Below are positions 36,952 to 46,944 of a DNA stretch of 64,000 nucleotides, in pieces; the first letter of the stretch is position 1; each line of letters begins with the position of its first letter. The stretch spans positions 124,001 through 188,000 of IMG/VR virus record IMGVR_UViG_3300047320_000285, one strand, 5' to 3'. The position numbers were made by a program, and so were the translations under genes. The notes beneath the pieces are model-generated. The model did no database searches, had not been told where the DNA came from, and worked only from the letters and a program-made list of their open reading frames with translations.

Positions 36952-39444
36952 ATGCCTATCACAAGCATAGAACTCACCGGATTCAAGCCGTTAAATCCGG
37001 TAGCTCAGATCAAGAAACTCACCATTGTCTTTACGGAGCGTCTGCAGTTGCTGTTGGGTTCGAACGGGGTGGGTAAGTCGGCGGTGATGGGGGAACTCAC
37101 GCCACTACCTGCCGATAAGGACGATTACTACGAAGGTGGCTCCAAACTCGTCCATTACGATCACCTCCGTGCGCACTACGTGCTGCGCAGCACCATGAGT
37201 GCCACCCCGCGTCATAGTTTTCTTAAAGATGGCGAGGAACTCAACAAAGGCGGCACCCAGAGCGTCCAGAAAGAACTGGTGCTGCAACACTTTGGAATCA
37301 CCACCGAGATTCGGGATCTGTTGCTGGGTCGGGAACGGTTCACCGAGATGGAACCGCGCCGTCGGCGTGAGTGGTACACCAAGCTCGCGGAGGTCGATTA
37401 CGACTATGCGCTCGGGGTCTTCAATCGCTTGCGCAAACGGGCCAATGAAATCAGTGGGGCACTGAAGGACAACAAGAAGCGGCTGGTGGTCGAGCAAGCC
37501 CGGATTATCCCGGAAGTTGATCAGGTGCGCCTGCGGCTTGAACTCGAGGCGCTCCACACCGAACTGGAGATCCTGCGCGCCAACCAAGCACCGCTAGTGT
37601 CGGAAGCAGCGGGTTATGCCAATCAGTACGAGCGGCTGACGCAGGACTTGAATGGCTTGTCTGACAACGTGCTGAGGCTGAAAGGGCGGCTCCTCGGGCT
37701 GGAGCAGTTTGACTCGCCCGAAGCCCTGGATGCGACATTAGAAGAGGTGAAGCATGCGGTGACCGCGAAGTCCACCTTGTTGGCGGCCAGCACCAAGCAT
37801 CACGAAGGTTTGCAAAAGCAGTTTGATATCCTTAAGCAAACTGGCGAAGCGGGGCTGGCTGATCTGAAAGCGCGCATGCAAGAGAAACGCACCCAGCGTG
37901 ATGAGCTGCTCAAGGCACGCGCCATGGGGCTGGAGGGCATGGATCCGGATCTGGCGATCTCGGCGCTGAATTCGGTACGCGACGTGCTGGTGGAGGTGTT
38001 TATCCATCTGCCCTCGAATTCGGACCGGACTTTCTCCCGTGAGCGTAACCTCAAGGATCAGCAGGAGCAGGAACGTCTGATGATCCTGAAAGACCAGCAG
38101 ACCCGTCAGTATGCTGAGCTGGTAGCCAAGAAGCAGGTGATGGAGTCCCATAAAGCCATGGGGCATCAGCACTGTCCGAACTGTGGTCACAAGTGGATCA
38201 ATGGCTACAGTGATGAACGCATGGCGGAACACCTCGAAGCCATGGAACGGCTCTCCCGAGCGATCGATGAAACCGACAAACTGTTGGTGGTCAATAAGCG
38301 TGCGCAGGACGATTTCCATGCCTACCTGACCCAGTACATGCTCTTTAGCCGCACCGTCAAGGCGTGGCCGGTCTTGCAACCGTTCTGGGACTTCTTGCTG
38401 GCGGGCAATGTGGTGGTGGATTATCCGCGCAAAGCACAGGGTTGGATGGAAACGCTCGAGCATGATCTGCAACTCGATCTGGCGGCGAAGCGGGTCCAAG
38501 GGGAAATCAACGAGCAGATGCGGCTGATTGAACAGGCGGCGCAACTCGGCGATGTGAACCTGATTAGCGTGCAAGCGCAGCTGCACGATTCGGAGTTTCA
38601 GATCCAGACCTATACCCGGGAACTCACCGCGGCGCATCAGGAACAGCAACGCCTCACCGTACTGCGTCGCCACCTGAATGAGTATCAGGAGCTGGGTAAC
38701 CGGATTGAAGCGCAACTGATTCGCATGGGCGAGCTGACCGATCAGCGGGTGGAAGCGTTGCGGCGGGAAGTCATCCACGAACAGATCCGTCAGACCTCGG
38801 TGGCGATTGGGACCCGCGCCAAGCTGCTCGATGAAGTCGAGTTGCAAAAACGTACGGTCGCGGGACTGGAGTTCCATCTGGAGGAATTGCAGCTGCAAGC
38901 CGAAGCCACCAAGCTGATGATCGACGGACTCTCCCCGACCGATGGCCTGATTGCCGACGGCTTGTTGGGCTCGATCCAGAACTACACGGCGTCAATGAAC
39001 GGACTGATCAAGAAGATCTGGACCTATCCGTTTGAGATTCTGCCGTGTGGAACCTCGACGGAAATCGGTGCCGAGCTGGATTACAAGTTCCCGTTGTATG
39101 TGAACGGTGAACTGGTGCCCGACATCAAGCGCGGGAGCACGGGGCAGCGCGAAGTCATCGATCTGTCGTTCCGGGTCGTGGCGACCACGCGACTGGGCTT
39201 GATCGAGCCGCAACTGATGCTGGATGAGTTTGGCGCTGGGCTGGACTACATGCACCAGCGCGCGGCGGCAAGTGCGATCCAGCATTTGGTCGATTCGGGT
39301 CTATTCAGCCAAGTTTTTATGGTGTCGCACTATGAAGCGAGTTACGGTGCGCTGACGCAGTCTGAAATCGCGGTGCTGTGTCCCGACAATATCGTCGTGC
39401 CGCACAACGTGCCGTTTAATCAACATGTGACAATCGAAAACTAA
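36952..39444 (+). CDS. sbcC: SbcC/Rad50-like SMC ATPase (phiKZ gp165-like)
   Basis: Walker A GSNGVGKS, zinc hook CPNC, signature STGQ, Walker B LMLDE, long coiled coils. Confidence 0.92.
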   Translation: MPITSIELTGFKPLNPVAQIKKLTIVFTERLQLLLGSNGVGKSAVMGELTPLPADKDDYYEGGSKLVHYDHLRAHYVLRSTMSATPRHSFLKDGEELNKGGTQSVQKELVLQHFGITTEIRDLLLGRERFTEMEPRRRREWYTKLAEVDYDYALGVFNRLRKRANEISGALKDNKKRLVVEQARIIPEVDQVRLRLELEALHTELEILRANQAPLVSEAAGYANQYERLTQDLNGLSDNVLRLKGRLLGLEQFDSPEALDATLEEVKHAVTAKSTLLAASTKHHEGLQKQFDILKQTGEAGLADLKARMQEKRTQRDELLKARAMGLEGMDPDLAISALNSVRDVLVEVFIHLPSNSDRTFSRERNLKDQQEQERLMILKDQQTRQYAELVAKKQVMESHKAMGHQHCPNCGHKWINGYSDERMAEHLEAMERLSRAIDETDKLLVVNKRAQDDFHAYLTQYMLFSRTVKAWPVLQPFWDFLLAGNVVVDYPRKAQGWMETLEHDLQLDLAAKRVQGEINEQMRLIEQAAQLGDVNLISVQAQLHDSEFQIQTYTRELTAAHQEQQRLTVLRRHLNEYQELGNRIEAQLIRMGELTDQRVEALRREVIHEQIRQTSVAIGTRAKLLDEVELQKRTVAGLEFHLEELQLQAEATKLMIDGLSPTDGLIADGLLGSIQNYTASMNGLIKKIWTYPFEILPCGTSTEIGAELDYKFPLYVNGELVPDIKRGSTGQREVIDLSFRVVATTRLGLIEPQLMLDEFGAGLDYMHQRAAASAIQHLVDSGLFSQVFMVSHYEASYGALTQSEIAVLCPDNIVVPHNVPFNQHVTIEN

Positions 39445-40763
39445 TGAAACTTGTCTTCTTAAACATACCGTATCGAGAGGATGGCGCCGAAGCTCAGTTT
39501 GTCTGTACCTGTGGCCAGCTAAGCGATGCCGTGGTGGTGCGATCCATCGAGCAGTTTATCTTGGAGTCCAGCCTGGTCTACGATTACGGTTGGCTGGAGG
39601 TGTTCGACTGCCGTGATCAGAAGTGGTATCGCGGCACGCTTCACTACGACCAGTCGTATGAGAATGATGAGTCGGACCAGCGTACGGTGCGTCTCACCCG
39701 TTTCGAGCCGCGTACGCTGCATGCGGATTTCTTTAGTACCTTTACTCTTCAACAAGGAAACAACAAGATGGTTACTGGCCAAGCCCAAGAAGTCATGCAT
39801 GATGCACTGCGTCGTATGGAGAACCTGAGTGCTGCGCTCACCAGCGCTCAGCAAGCGCAGATCGCTGCCCAGAAGGCGGCGACCGAAGCGAGCAAAGCGA
39901 TCGACGCGGTGATGCAAGTGCAAGGTGATGTGGTGTTCCTGCACAACTTGCTGCAGCAATTCAGCGGCATGTTCGGTACGATGGACGCGAGTGCGTCGGG
40001 TCCGACGGAAGATACCCCAGCGGGTCTGCCGCCGGTGAACACCGAACCGGATCCGCGTTTGCCGGTCCGTGGCACGGCGGGTGCCCTGCTCGGTCAGGAA
40101 CCGGCTGTACCGGCGGCTTTCCGTCCGACGACTCAGGCCGCGCCCGCGCGTCGTGCCTTGCCGGCTTCGCCTGCACTGGAAGGCCTGTCGCAAGCCGCCG
40201 AACGGATGGTCACCGAACTCGGCCGACATCGTGCCGCCGTACAAGCTGAGCAGGCTGCGCCGACCCGTCGGGGTCCGCAAGAAGAAGGCGTCACCGAACG
40301 TCGGCATCCGGGCGCAACCGAAGACAACAGCCAGTACATCGGTCACTTCGCCGGTGCGCACAGCCTGTTCGTCCGCTTCCTGCATCCGGAAGTGACCACC
40401 GGTGGGCGTGGCTTCGTCAAGCCCGGCTATGCGGGTCTGAAGCAGTACAAGCAGGACATCTCGCAGATCTCGGCCGATGTGCTCAAAGCGGAACAAGACT
40501 GGTTGACTGGCTTCTACCGCAATGGTACGACCGGGACGCGTCAGCTCTTTGTCCGTCTGGGTTCGGCGATGGTGCTGGTGGATAACCCGATGATGCCGAA
40601 CAACATGCCGCTGGTGGCGTTTACCATTGGGGCTGGACCGGTTACGTGGCGACAGATTCGTTCGCTCAGCGTTGACGAGCTGCAAACCGTGCACGATGAA
40701 ATCCTCGCGGAATTCCACCGTCTGGAACAAGTCGACCAGCAGTTGCCGCAAGCCCGCGCGTAA
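39444..40763 (+). CDS. Hypothetical protein with a probable second in-frame start at 39768
   Basis: TAATG coupling to sbcC; internal AT-rich stretch with SD AAGGAA before ATG 39768. Confidence 0.7.
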   Translation: MKLVFLNIPYREDGAEAQFVCTCGQLSDAVVVRSIEQFILESSLVYDYGWLEVFDCRDQKWYRGTLHYDQSYENDESDQRTVRLTRFEPRTLHADFFSTFTLQQGNNKMVTGQAQEVMHDALRRMENLSAALTSAQQAQIAAQKAATEASKAIDAVMQVQGDVVFLHNLLQQFSGMFGTMDASASGPTEDTPAGLPPVNTEPDPRLPVRGTAGALLGQEPAVPAAFRPTTQAAPARRALPASPALEGLSQAAERMVTELGRHRAAVQAEQAAPTRRGPQEEGVTERRHPGATEDNSQYIGHFAGAHSLFVRFLHPEVTTGGRGFVKPGYAGLKQYKQDISQISADVLKAEQDWLTGFYRNGTTGTRQLFVRLGSAMVLVDNPMMPNNMPLVAFTIGAGPVTWRQIRSLSVDELQTVHDEILAEFHRLEQVDQQLPQARA

Positions 40764-40778
40764 CACCGACGCAGCAAC

Positions 40779-40822
40779 GGCATAAAAAACGGGAGAGGCC
40801 GCGCGCCTCTCCCCAATATGCC
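40779..40822. terminator. Bidirectional GGCATA...TATGCC hairpin
   Basis: GGGAGAGGC/GCCTCTCCC stem between convergent genes. Confidence 0.7.
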
Positions 40823-40827
40823 GCAGT

Positions 40828-41463
40828 TTAACCGGGTGAAGCCGGTGGATTGTTTTTGATGTAATCCTGCAACAACGTGATCTGCTGCTGGGCAGCGGCC
40901 AGTGCGGTTTGTGCCGCGATCAACTTGGCGTTGTCGGTGGTGCTGTTGGTGATGTTGGCTTGGCGCGCGGCTTCGTAGCGTTGCGAGGTCGCCTGATCGA
41001 CCAGCGTGATTTCCGTCAACTGGACTTCGGTGATCGTCGCGTCCATGCCGAGCGTGTCCTTGACAATCGCGATGATCTGCGTTTTGCACGGACCCAGATC
41101 GAGCGACTCCGGAATCGCCGGAATCTGTACCGCCATACACATCACCGCATACGGGACACCCCCAGCAGCCGGGAACGACTGGATATACGTCGAGGGGACG
41201 TAGACCGGCGTACCACTGGCTGAGAACAGCGAGACGATCTGGACCCCCGCCGCCACATCCGCATTGTACGTCGTCCGATCGATCGGCGTGCCGGTCGGGT
41301 TGTAGTACGTCGCATACGGATCCACCCCACTGGCCAGCAAGTCGTCAATCGTGCGGACGGCTTTACAGGTGTAGTTGGTGTTGGGAGTCAGCTTGGTGTC
41401 GAACGGCGCCAGCAGGGTGTAGATCCCCGCTGCGCCGATCTGTGGGACTAAAGAAGCGCCCAT
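40828..41463 (-). CDS. Putative virion structural protein
   Basis: 211 aa; GIYTL..PF and VYVPSTYI.SFP motifs; co-directional with the next virion gene. Confidence 0.7.
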   Translation of the reverse strand: MGASLVPQIGAAGIYTLLAPFDTKLTPNTNYTCKAVRTIDDLLASGVDPYATYYNPTGTPIDRTTYNADVAAGVQIVSLFSASGTPVYVPSTYIQSFPAAGGVPYAVMCMAVQIPAIPESLDLGPCKTQIIAIVKDTLGMDATITEVQLTEITLVDQATSQRYEAARQANITNSTTDNAKLIAAQTALAAAQQQITLLQDYIKNNPPASPG

Positions 41464-41474
41464 CGGTTACCTCC

Positions 41475-42788
41475 TTAACTGCTCGCCGGGAAGTTGAACT
41501 TCGCCGCCACGAGGTAATGGATATTGTCGTAGCTCGCCACGATAAACAGCTGGTTGTTGCGCGTGAGGCGCGTCATACCGGCCGGAATCGAGGTGAACGG
41601 TCCCATGGTCTCGGCTACAATCAGCATCTGTTCGAGCAGCTCTGCCCAGCCTTGCGTGTCTTGCGACATACGGGCGAAGTCGGTGGACTGTGACGACACC
41701 GCGATAAAGTCCGGGAAGATCTGTACCAGTTCGTACAGATTGTCACGATTCTGGTCCGAGCCGACCGCCCCAATCGCCAGCGACTTGTACGGGTGACCAA
41801 AGGCCGCCGCATGCGCATTGATATGGACCGTGGGGTAACTGCTGCAATACGCGATAACCTGGCTCATCATCGCCGTCAGATTAGCGAACGGCGAGTAGAT
41901 GCCCGACTCGACTTCCCGGTTGGGAATCGCATAGTTACCCCAGTTTGGGACGATCGTTACTTCCGTGCGTTTAAAGATGTCCGGAAAGATCTGGGTCCAC
42001 TCGGCTTGCGTATGGGACGTGTTCGCCAAGATGTAAGCGACCAGCGCGTCCTTGATCGAGTCGATGTTGTTGCCGGCCATGCCGTAGATCAGCACGGTCC
42101 ACTGGGCGGGCACCAGATGGGTGGGCTGCAACGGATCGTTCCAGTCGTACTCGTCGGTGCGCATGATGGTTTCAGGGAAACCCTGCTTGGCGGCCTGCGC
42201 GTTGGCCACCAGCTGACTCATCGTCACCGCATTCACTTCCGCTTCCACCGCACTGCCCGTCTTGAAGAAGTCGTCAAGCGGAGTAATCGGTGGCACCACC
42301 ACAATGCTGAACTCGTCGTACTGCGCGGCGAACGACGCATCAGCAAACCAGATGCGCACGAAGTTGCTGCTGTCGGTGGTGTCGAGCGTATCGGACCAGC
42401 TGACCCACTCGGGGATGAAGTGACCCGCGGCATCGCTGACAATTGCCCCGCACTGGAAGTTCGAGGCCTTGCCTTGGAACGCCGCCAACACTTGACCGAG
42501 GAACACGTCGGCAAACATCTGGCCGCTTTCGGTCAGCGCCAAGTTGTAGATCCACTCGATGATGGTCATCGTGCGGGTCGCGAAGTCCGCGTCGATGGGG
42601 ATGGCAGTCCCGTCACGTGCACTGAGGAACGAGAGCAGCGTCACATTCGGGGCTACCGCGTTGACATACTGGCCCAGTTCCTTCGAATAGGTGAGAGACT
42701 GGTTCGAGATCTCACCGATAGCGTTGTTGGAGCCGGGCGTGTTGTTGGCCAGCAACGCATGATTAGCAAAGCCCTTCAGGACGTACAT
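41475..42788 (-). CDS. Virion structural protein (phiKZ gp157-like)
   Basis: ATG 42788 with SD GGAG; MYVLKGF...AIGEIS..S.TY; upstream TATG on minus strand at 42863-66. Confidence 0.7.
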   Translation of the reverse strand: MYVLKGFANHALLANNTPGSNNAIGEISNQSLTYSKELGQYVNAVAPNVTLLSFLSARDGTAIPIDADFATRTMTIIEWIYNLALTESGQMFADVFLGQVLAAFQGKASNFQCGAIVSDAAGHFIPEWVSWSDTLDTTDSSNFVRIWFADASFAAQYDEFSIVVVPPITPLDDFFKTGSAVEAEVNAVTMSQLVANAQAAKQGFPETIMRTDEYDWNDPLQPTHLVPAQWTVLIYGMAGNNIDSIKDALVAYILANTSHTQAEWTQIFPDIFKRTEVTIVPNWGNYAIPNREVESGIYSPFANLTAMMSQVIAYCSSYPTVHINAHAAAFGHPYKSLAIGAVGSDQNRDNLYELVQIFPDFIAVSSQSTDFARMSQDTQGWAELLEQMLIVAETMGPFTSIPAGMTRLTRNNQLFIVASYDNIHYLVAAKFNFPASS

Positions 42789-42894
42789 TGATGATCTCCA
42801 ACTTAAAGGGCACACTCATTCGGGGTTGATGAGTGCGATCAAATCTGGTAAAATAAGACAAGCATAAAATACTGCTGCTTTTGAGGGGTTTCGT

Positions 42895-43320
42895 ATGATT
42901 TTCGAAGTGATGAAGTTACTGTGGCCGTTTCTGAAGGAGTTTTTCCTTGGCAAGGAAGGCTCGATCGGACAAACGGTCAAGAAACGGGAATGGAAGAAGT
43001 TGGGGATGCTGTTCCTGATGACCTTCTCGGTAATCGCAAACCTCTTCCTGTTTCCCAAGTCGATCATGCTGAGCGACCAGGTGATGAAGCTGCAGCATGA
43101 AGTCAAACGTTTGAAGGATGAACTCCCGCCGGCTCCCGATCCGGATCATCCGGATAACACCAGTCGGGATGTGGCGGCACCGCCTCCCGAGCCACCGGCT
43201 CAGCCTACGCAAACGGCGAGTGAGACCGTGGCGGGTCCGCCGCCGTTTAAGGGTGCGGCGTACCAAGAACGCTTGAACAGTATCATGACCCGGGCCCAGC
43301 AGCTCGATCATGGGCGCTAA
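42895..43320 (+). CDS. Membrane-anchored coiled-coil protein (possible second i-spanin-like)
   Basis: TM LGMLFLMTFSVIANLFLF, then a coiled coil and a Pro-rich segment. Confidence 0.65.
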   Translation: MIFEVMKLLWPFLKEFFLGKEGSIGQTVKKREWKKLGMLFLMTFSVIANLFLFPKSIMLSDQVMKLQHEVKRLKDELPPAPDPDHPDNTSRDVAAPPPEPPAQPTQTASETVAGPPPFKGAAYQERLNSIMTRAQQLDHGR

Positions 43321-43337
43321 CACAAAAGGGGTTGACA

Positions 43338-43775
43338 ATGCGCTTTTGGAAATTCATCGGGGGTGTGGCGGTGATGTTCGCGGGCTGCAGCAGCTTTAAT
43401 CGCTACACGTACATTACCCCACAACAACAGCAACAGCAAGCTGAGCAAGCTCAGCAACAACAGCAAGCTCAGCAAGAAGCCAAACAGATCGAACAGAAGG
43501 CCACCGACATCGTCCTGAAGAACGTGTGTCCGAAGGCGGCCTTCAAGAAACTGCCCAAAGAACCGACGATTGATCGTGGGCGCTGGGCAAGCGCGCCGGA
43601 TGACAAAGCTTTAGAGGGGGCGATGATGGACCACATCGCCGCCCAGCAGCGCTACATTGCGTCGCTCAAAGCGCAGGTTATTCAGGAACGCACCGACTAC
43701 AGCGCGAGATGCGAGCAGTTTGCGCGCGAACAAGCCGACCGGAGTAATCCGTCGTTACCGGCGCCACCTCAGTAG
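43338..43775 (+). CDS. Lipoprotein (possible second o-spanin-like)
   Basis: MRFWKFIGGVAVMFAG-C lipobox; poly-Gln linker; CP...LP.EP and a second Cys. Confidence 0.7.
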   Translation: MRFWKFIGGVAVMFAGCSSFNRYTYITPQQQQQQAEQAQQQQQAQQEAKQIEQKATDIVLKNVCPKAAFKKLPKEPTIDRGRWASAPDDKALEGAMMDHIAAQQRYIASLKAQVIQERTDYSARCEQFAREQADRSNPSLPAPPQ

Positions 43776-43840
43776 ACGTCTTTTTACGGATCCTCTCTAT
43801 GGCATAGCAGGCAAACGCCGTAGACTGGAGAAAGGTTAGC

Positions 43841-45433
43841 ATGAGTAAATCAAAAAAGAAAGAGGGTGCAGTGGAAGAAGTCGTCGAACGCCACGGTATC
43901 GTGGTGTGGACTGACGGAGGCGCACGCCCGACTAATCCCGGCCCGGCTGGCTGGGGAGTGCATGGTTACATGTTCAATGCTATCAAGCCGAAGAAGGGCT
44001 CGGGTAACGCCGAGCATTTGTTGACCACCCACGGTTACGTATTGAAAACGGAGGCGGGCAAGATCAACACGGGCGAGTACGCCGAGAAGCATTGGGAAGC
44101 GGTGATCGAGGGTTCCGGCAAGCCCCTCGAAATCACCCCGGTGCACTACATCGACGGGTACGGTTCGTTCACGCAGTATGAATCGAACAACGTGGCGGAG
44201 CTGATGGCTACCACCAAGGCGCTGGAGTACGCGCGCGATTACGATGTCAAGCTGGTGCAGGTCTACACGGACAGCAAGTACGTGCAAGAAGGCATCATGC
44301 AGTGGATCGGGGGTTGGGAGCGCAACAACTGGATCAAGCGCGACGGTACGGAAGTCGCGAACGCGCAACACTGGAAGCACCTGCAAGCCACCCGTAAGAT
44401 GCTCGAGCAGCGCGGCGTAAAGGTGACGGTGTCGTGGATCAAGGGTCACAACGATCACTTGGGCAACGATAGCGCGGACTTGCTGGCGACGATTGGCGCG
44501 GTGACCTCCAAAGAGATCCTCGAGAATCCCAACAGCCCGCATGCGTTGCATCAGTTCATCACCAGCGTCCCGGAAGGCTACTGGAAGTACGATAACAACA
44601 AGCACCCGATGATCTCGCACCGCCGGATGTATTTCAATACCGACCCGGAGTATGTGAAACCCGGTGAGTACTTCCTCGGTGACCATGGCAAGGACGATGA
44701 ACTGCTGGGCAAGCGCGTGGCCACCGGTGCCTTTGCGGTGGTGCGGCTACGGGTACCGGACTCGACCTTGGAGCTGATTCGCAATCGGCAGATCGCGTTC
44801 AGTAAGGGTTCGAACACGGTCATCATGGCGCGACTGGATGAAGCCTTCAACGCCGATACGCATAAAGTCTTGTCGGAGTATGGTGAGCGCGCCATTCAGT
44901 TGTCGTTCCATTCCCGGATCGACACCGTGTGTATCAACAAGCGCCCGCTGACCCGGGAGTTGAATCCGGCCCGACTCGCGCATCGGGTGGCGGAAAGCGT
45001 GGGCGACATGGATTCGGTGCTACAGTTGTACTTGGCCAAGGATCCCAAAATTACGGTCACGGACTTGACGTCTATTCTCTATGAGCAGACGGTGAAAGTT
45101 AAGGTCGTTAAAAAAGGGGAACCGCCTGCTACGCCGGAGCCGCTGTTCAAGCTCTTGCCGAAGTACAACGTCGGCTTTGCTTCGCTACAGGTCGACGCGC
45201 AGTATCTTGCTTCCGAAGGTGACGTAAAATCGGCTCCGGTGATCCTTGTCTTGGGCATCGATCTCGTGGATCGTAACACCTTGAAACGCTTGGAGGAATA
45301 CCAACCCAAGGTCAGTCTGGTCACGTGGATGGAATCGGAGAAGGTCTTTCGATTTGCTACCATCATCGAGGCCGGTGAAGACGTAGGCATCTGGGCGGGA
45401 TACTATTCCAATACGCGCGTCTTGGGTTCCTAG
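43841..45433 (+). CDS. rnhA: Ribonuclease H (phiKZ gp155-like)
   Basis: VWTDGGARPTNPG, SNNVAELMA, VYTDSKYV, WIKGHNDHLGNDSADLLA. Confidence 0.92.
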   Translation: MSKSKKKEGAVEEVVERHGIVVWTDGGARPTNPGPAGWGVHGYMFNAIKPKKGSGNAEHLLTTHGYVLKTEAGKINTGEYAEKHWEAVIEGSGKPLEITPVHYIDGYGSFTQYESNNVAELMATTKALEYARDYDVKLVQVYTDSKYVQEGIMQWIGGWERNNWIKRDGTEVANAQHWKHLQATRKMLEQRGVKVTVSWIKGHNDHLGNDSADLLATIGAVTSKEILENPNSPHALHQFITSVPEGYWKYDNNKHPMISHRRMYFNTDPEYVKPGEYFLGDHGKDDELLGKRVATGAFAVVRLRVPDSTLELIRNRQIAFSKGSNTVIMARLDEAFNADTHKVLSEYGERAIQLSFHSRIDTVCINKRPLTRELNPARLAHRVAESVGDMDSVLQLYLAKDPKITVTDLTSILYEQTVKVKVVKKGEPPATPEPLFKLLPKYNVGFASLQVDAQYLASEGDVKSAPVILVLGIDLVDRNTLKRLEEYQPKVSLVTWMESEKVFRFATIIEAGEDVGIWAGYYSNTRVLGS

Positions 45434-45500
45434 TCTTTTTTATCCACTCCTGTTGGCGGTGCTCTCCCGGGGGGAGCCCTGCTACCACTAGGCCATCGAC

Positions 45501-45938
45501 ATGTCAACTCTTTCTTTGAACCTCAGGGCGACCCTGGGCGCCATTGGCCAGCACATGCTGTCGCGACGAATGAAACGCTTGATCCTCTTTTCCTCGTTGA
45601 CCGCAGTCCTTAAGCAGGACGACGAGCTGGACAAACAGACCCTCGAGAAACTCAATCTCGTGATGGGGCTGTCGAGCGACGTTGAAGCGATGAAGTTTCC
45701 GGTCTATATTCGATCGGCGATCTGGAAGGGTGGCGCACCCATTCAGGTCCCGGGCGAACTGTTTGCGAAGAATCCCTCCGAGCAGACAGTGCAGACCATG
45801 TTGAGCGAGCTAGTCTCGAAGATCCCGCGTTATTTGCGGTTCGGCACTGATGCGGAAATGAAGTCCGATTTCGAACGCTATCTCACGCATGGTCGCGAGT
45901 ATCTCGATCGTCGCCGTGGTTCTCGTGTGAATGCCTGA
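45501..45938 (+). CDS. Hypothetical protein
   Basis: 145-aa ORF with normal codon use. Confidence 0.7.
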   Translation: MSTLSLNLRATLGAIGQHMLSRRMKRLILFSSLTAVLKQDDELDKQTLEKLNLVMGLSSDVEAMKFPVYIRSAIWKGGAPIQVPGELFAKNPSEQTVQTMLSELVSKIPRYLRFGTDAEMKSDFERYLTHGREYLDRRRGSRVNA

Positions 45939-45949
45939 TTTCACAGAGC

Positions 45950-45987
45950 GGCATAGACGCCCGGGGCGACCCCCCGGGCTTTATGCC
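45950..45987. terminator. Bidirectional GGCATA...TATGCC hairpin
   Basis: GCCCGGGG/CCCCGGGC stem between convergent genes. Confidence 0.7.
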
Positions 45988-45995
45988 GCCATCCC

Positions 45996-46826
45996 TTAAG
46001 CGCGCAGCTTGAGGATGTTCTTGGTGGTCCGGTCGATCGAGGTGGTCAGTGCCATGATGCGGTAATAAACAGTCGCGAAAAACTCCACTTCGCTGGCAAT
46101 CTGAAACGCGCCGTCAGCCAGTTCGGAGAGCATCGTCGGGCTGGCGCCTTTGAAGTCATCCTTCTTGGCCGCTTCGATCAGGCGGTCCATCAGGTGCACG
46201 GTGTCTTGCAAGGTCTTGGCCAGCACCTTACGATTGACGCCGTTCATCTTGTCCGACAGTTGCGCGGCGGATGAGAACACCAGCGTCCAGTCATTGTTAC
46301 GTTCCACTACGTCGCCGTAACGGACGTCCGTATCGTGGCTGCCGGTTTGGAAGCACGCACCCAGATCCTTGTTAAAGGTCGCGCGTTGGGCTTCCAGTCC
46401 TTGGTAGACCACCGCACTGTTGGCTGTCGAGAAGCGCTCATCCTTGTTGGTGAGCAACATCGCGATATAGGTGCTGTAGTCCGACAGGCGTTCCTGAATC
46501 TTCGACACGTGTTCGGTGACCGGACCGAGTGCCGCCATGTACGCCAGATAGGTGACTTCCAGACCTTCCGGGACGTACGCGACGATCGGGGCCAAGTCCA
46601 TGTACTTATGCGTTTCCGCCACCCGCATAAACGCACGCTGGTCGCGCGTGAGGACAATGCCTTCGCTGTCCGCATGGAACTTCGACACCAGACCGGCGAA
46701 GACACCCCGGGCGTTGGGCAGAAAACGGTGGATCAGATCCGAGAAGTTGATCGACAGGGAGTGCTCGGACTCGATCGCAATCCATTCACGATCGTGCCGC
46801 AGCGTGTTCATCAAAGTGGCGTCCAT
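45996..46826 (-). CDS. Putative virion protein (phiKZ gp153-like)
   Basis: N-terminal IAIES cleavage-type motif; upstream TATGTAAAA on minus strand; divergent from uvsX. Confidence 0.7.
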   Translation of the reverse strand: MDATLMNTLRHDREWIAIESEHSLSINFSDLIHRFLPNARGVFAGLVSKFHADSEGIVLTRDQRAFMRVAETHKYMDLAPIVAYVPEGLEVTYLAYMAALGPVTEHVSKIQERLSDYSTYIAMLLTNKDERFSTANSAVVYQGLEAQRATFNKDLGACFQTGSHDTDVRYGDVVERNNDWTLVFSSAAQLSDKMNGVNRKVLAKTLQDTVHLMDRLIEAAKKDDFKGASPTMLSELADGAFQIASEVEFFATVYYRIMALTTSIDRTTKNILKLRA

Positions 46827-46866
46827 AGCAACCTTTATTGGGGGTCAAGAGAGTTTTACATAGCAT

Positions 46867-46885
46867 CTGTGAGAAATTACTGCCC
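46867..46885 (+). promoter_or_regulatory. Conserved upstream motif CTGTGnnAAAnTACTGCCC (copy 2)
   Basis: 16/19 identical to 11730-11748. Confidence 0.5.
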
Positions 46886-46944
46886 GCGTCCATTATCTGG
46901 CAAGAATCACCCGTTCATACCTAACACAACAAGCGAGTCAAACA

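Noticed and set aside
43796-43807. CTATGGCATAG, an inverted TATG/CATA pair
   Set aside because: No intervening stem and opposite orientation to the hairpin family; too short to distinguish from chance.
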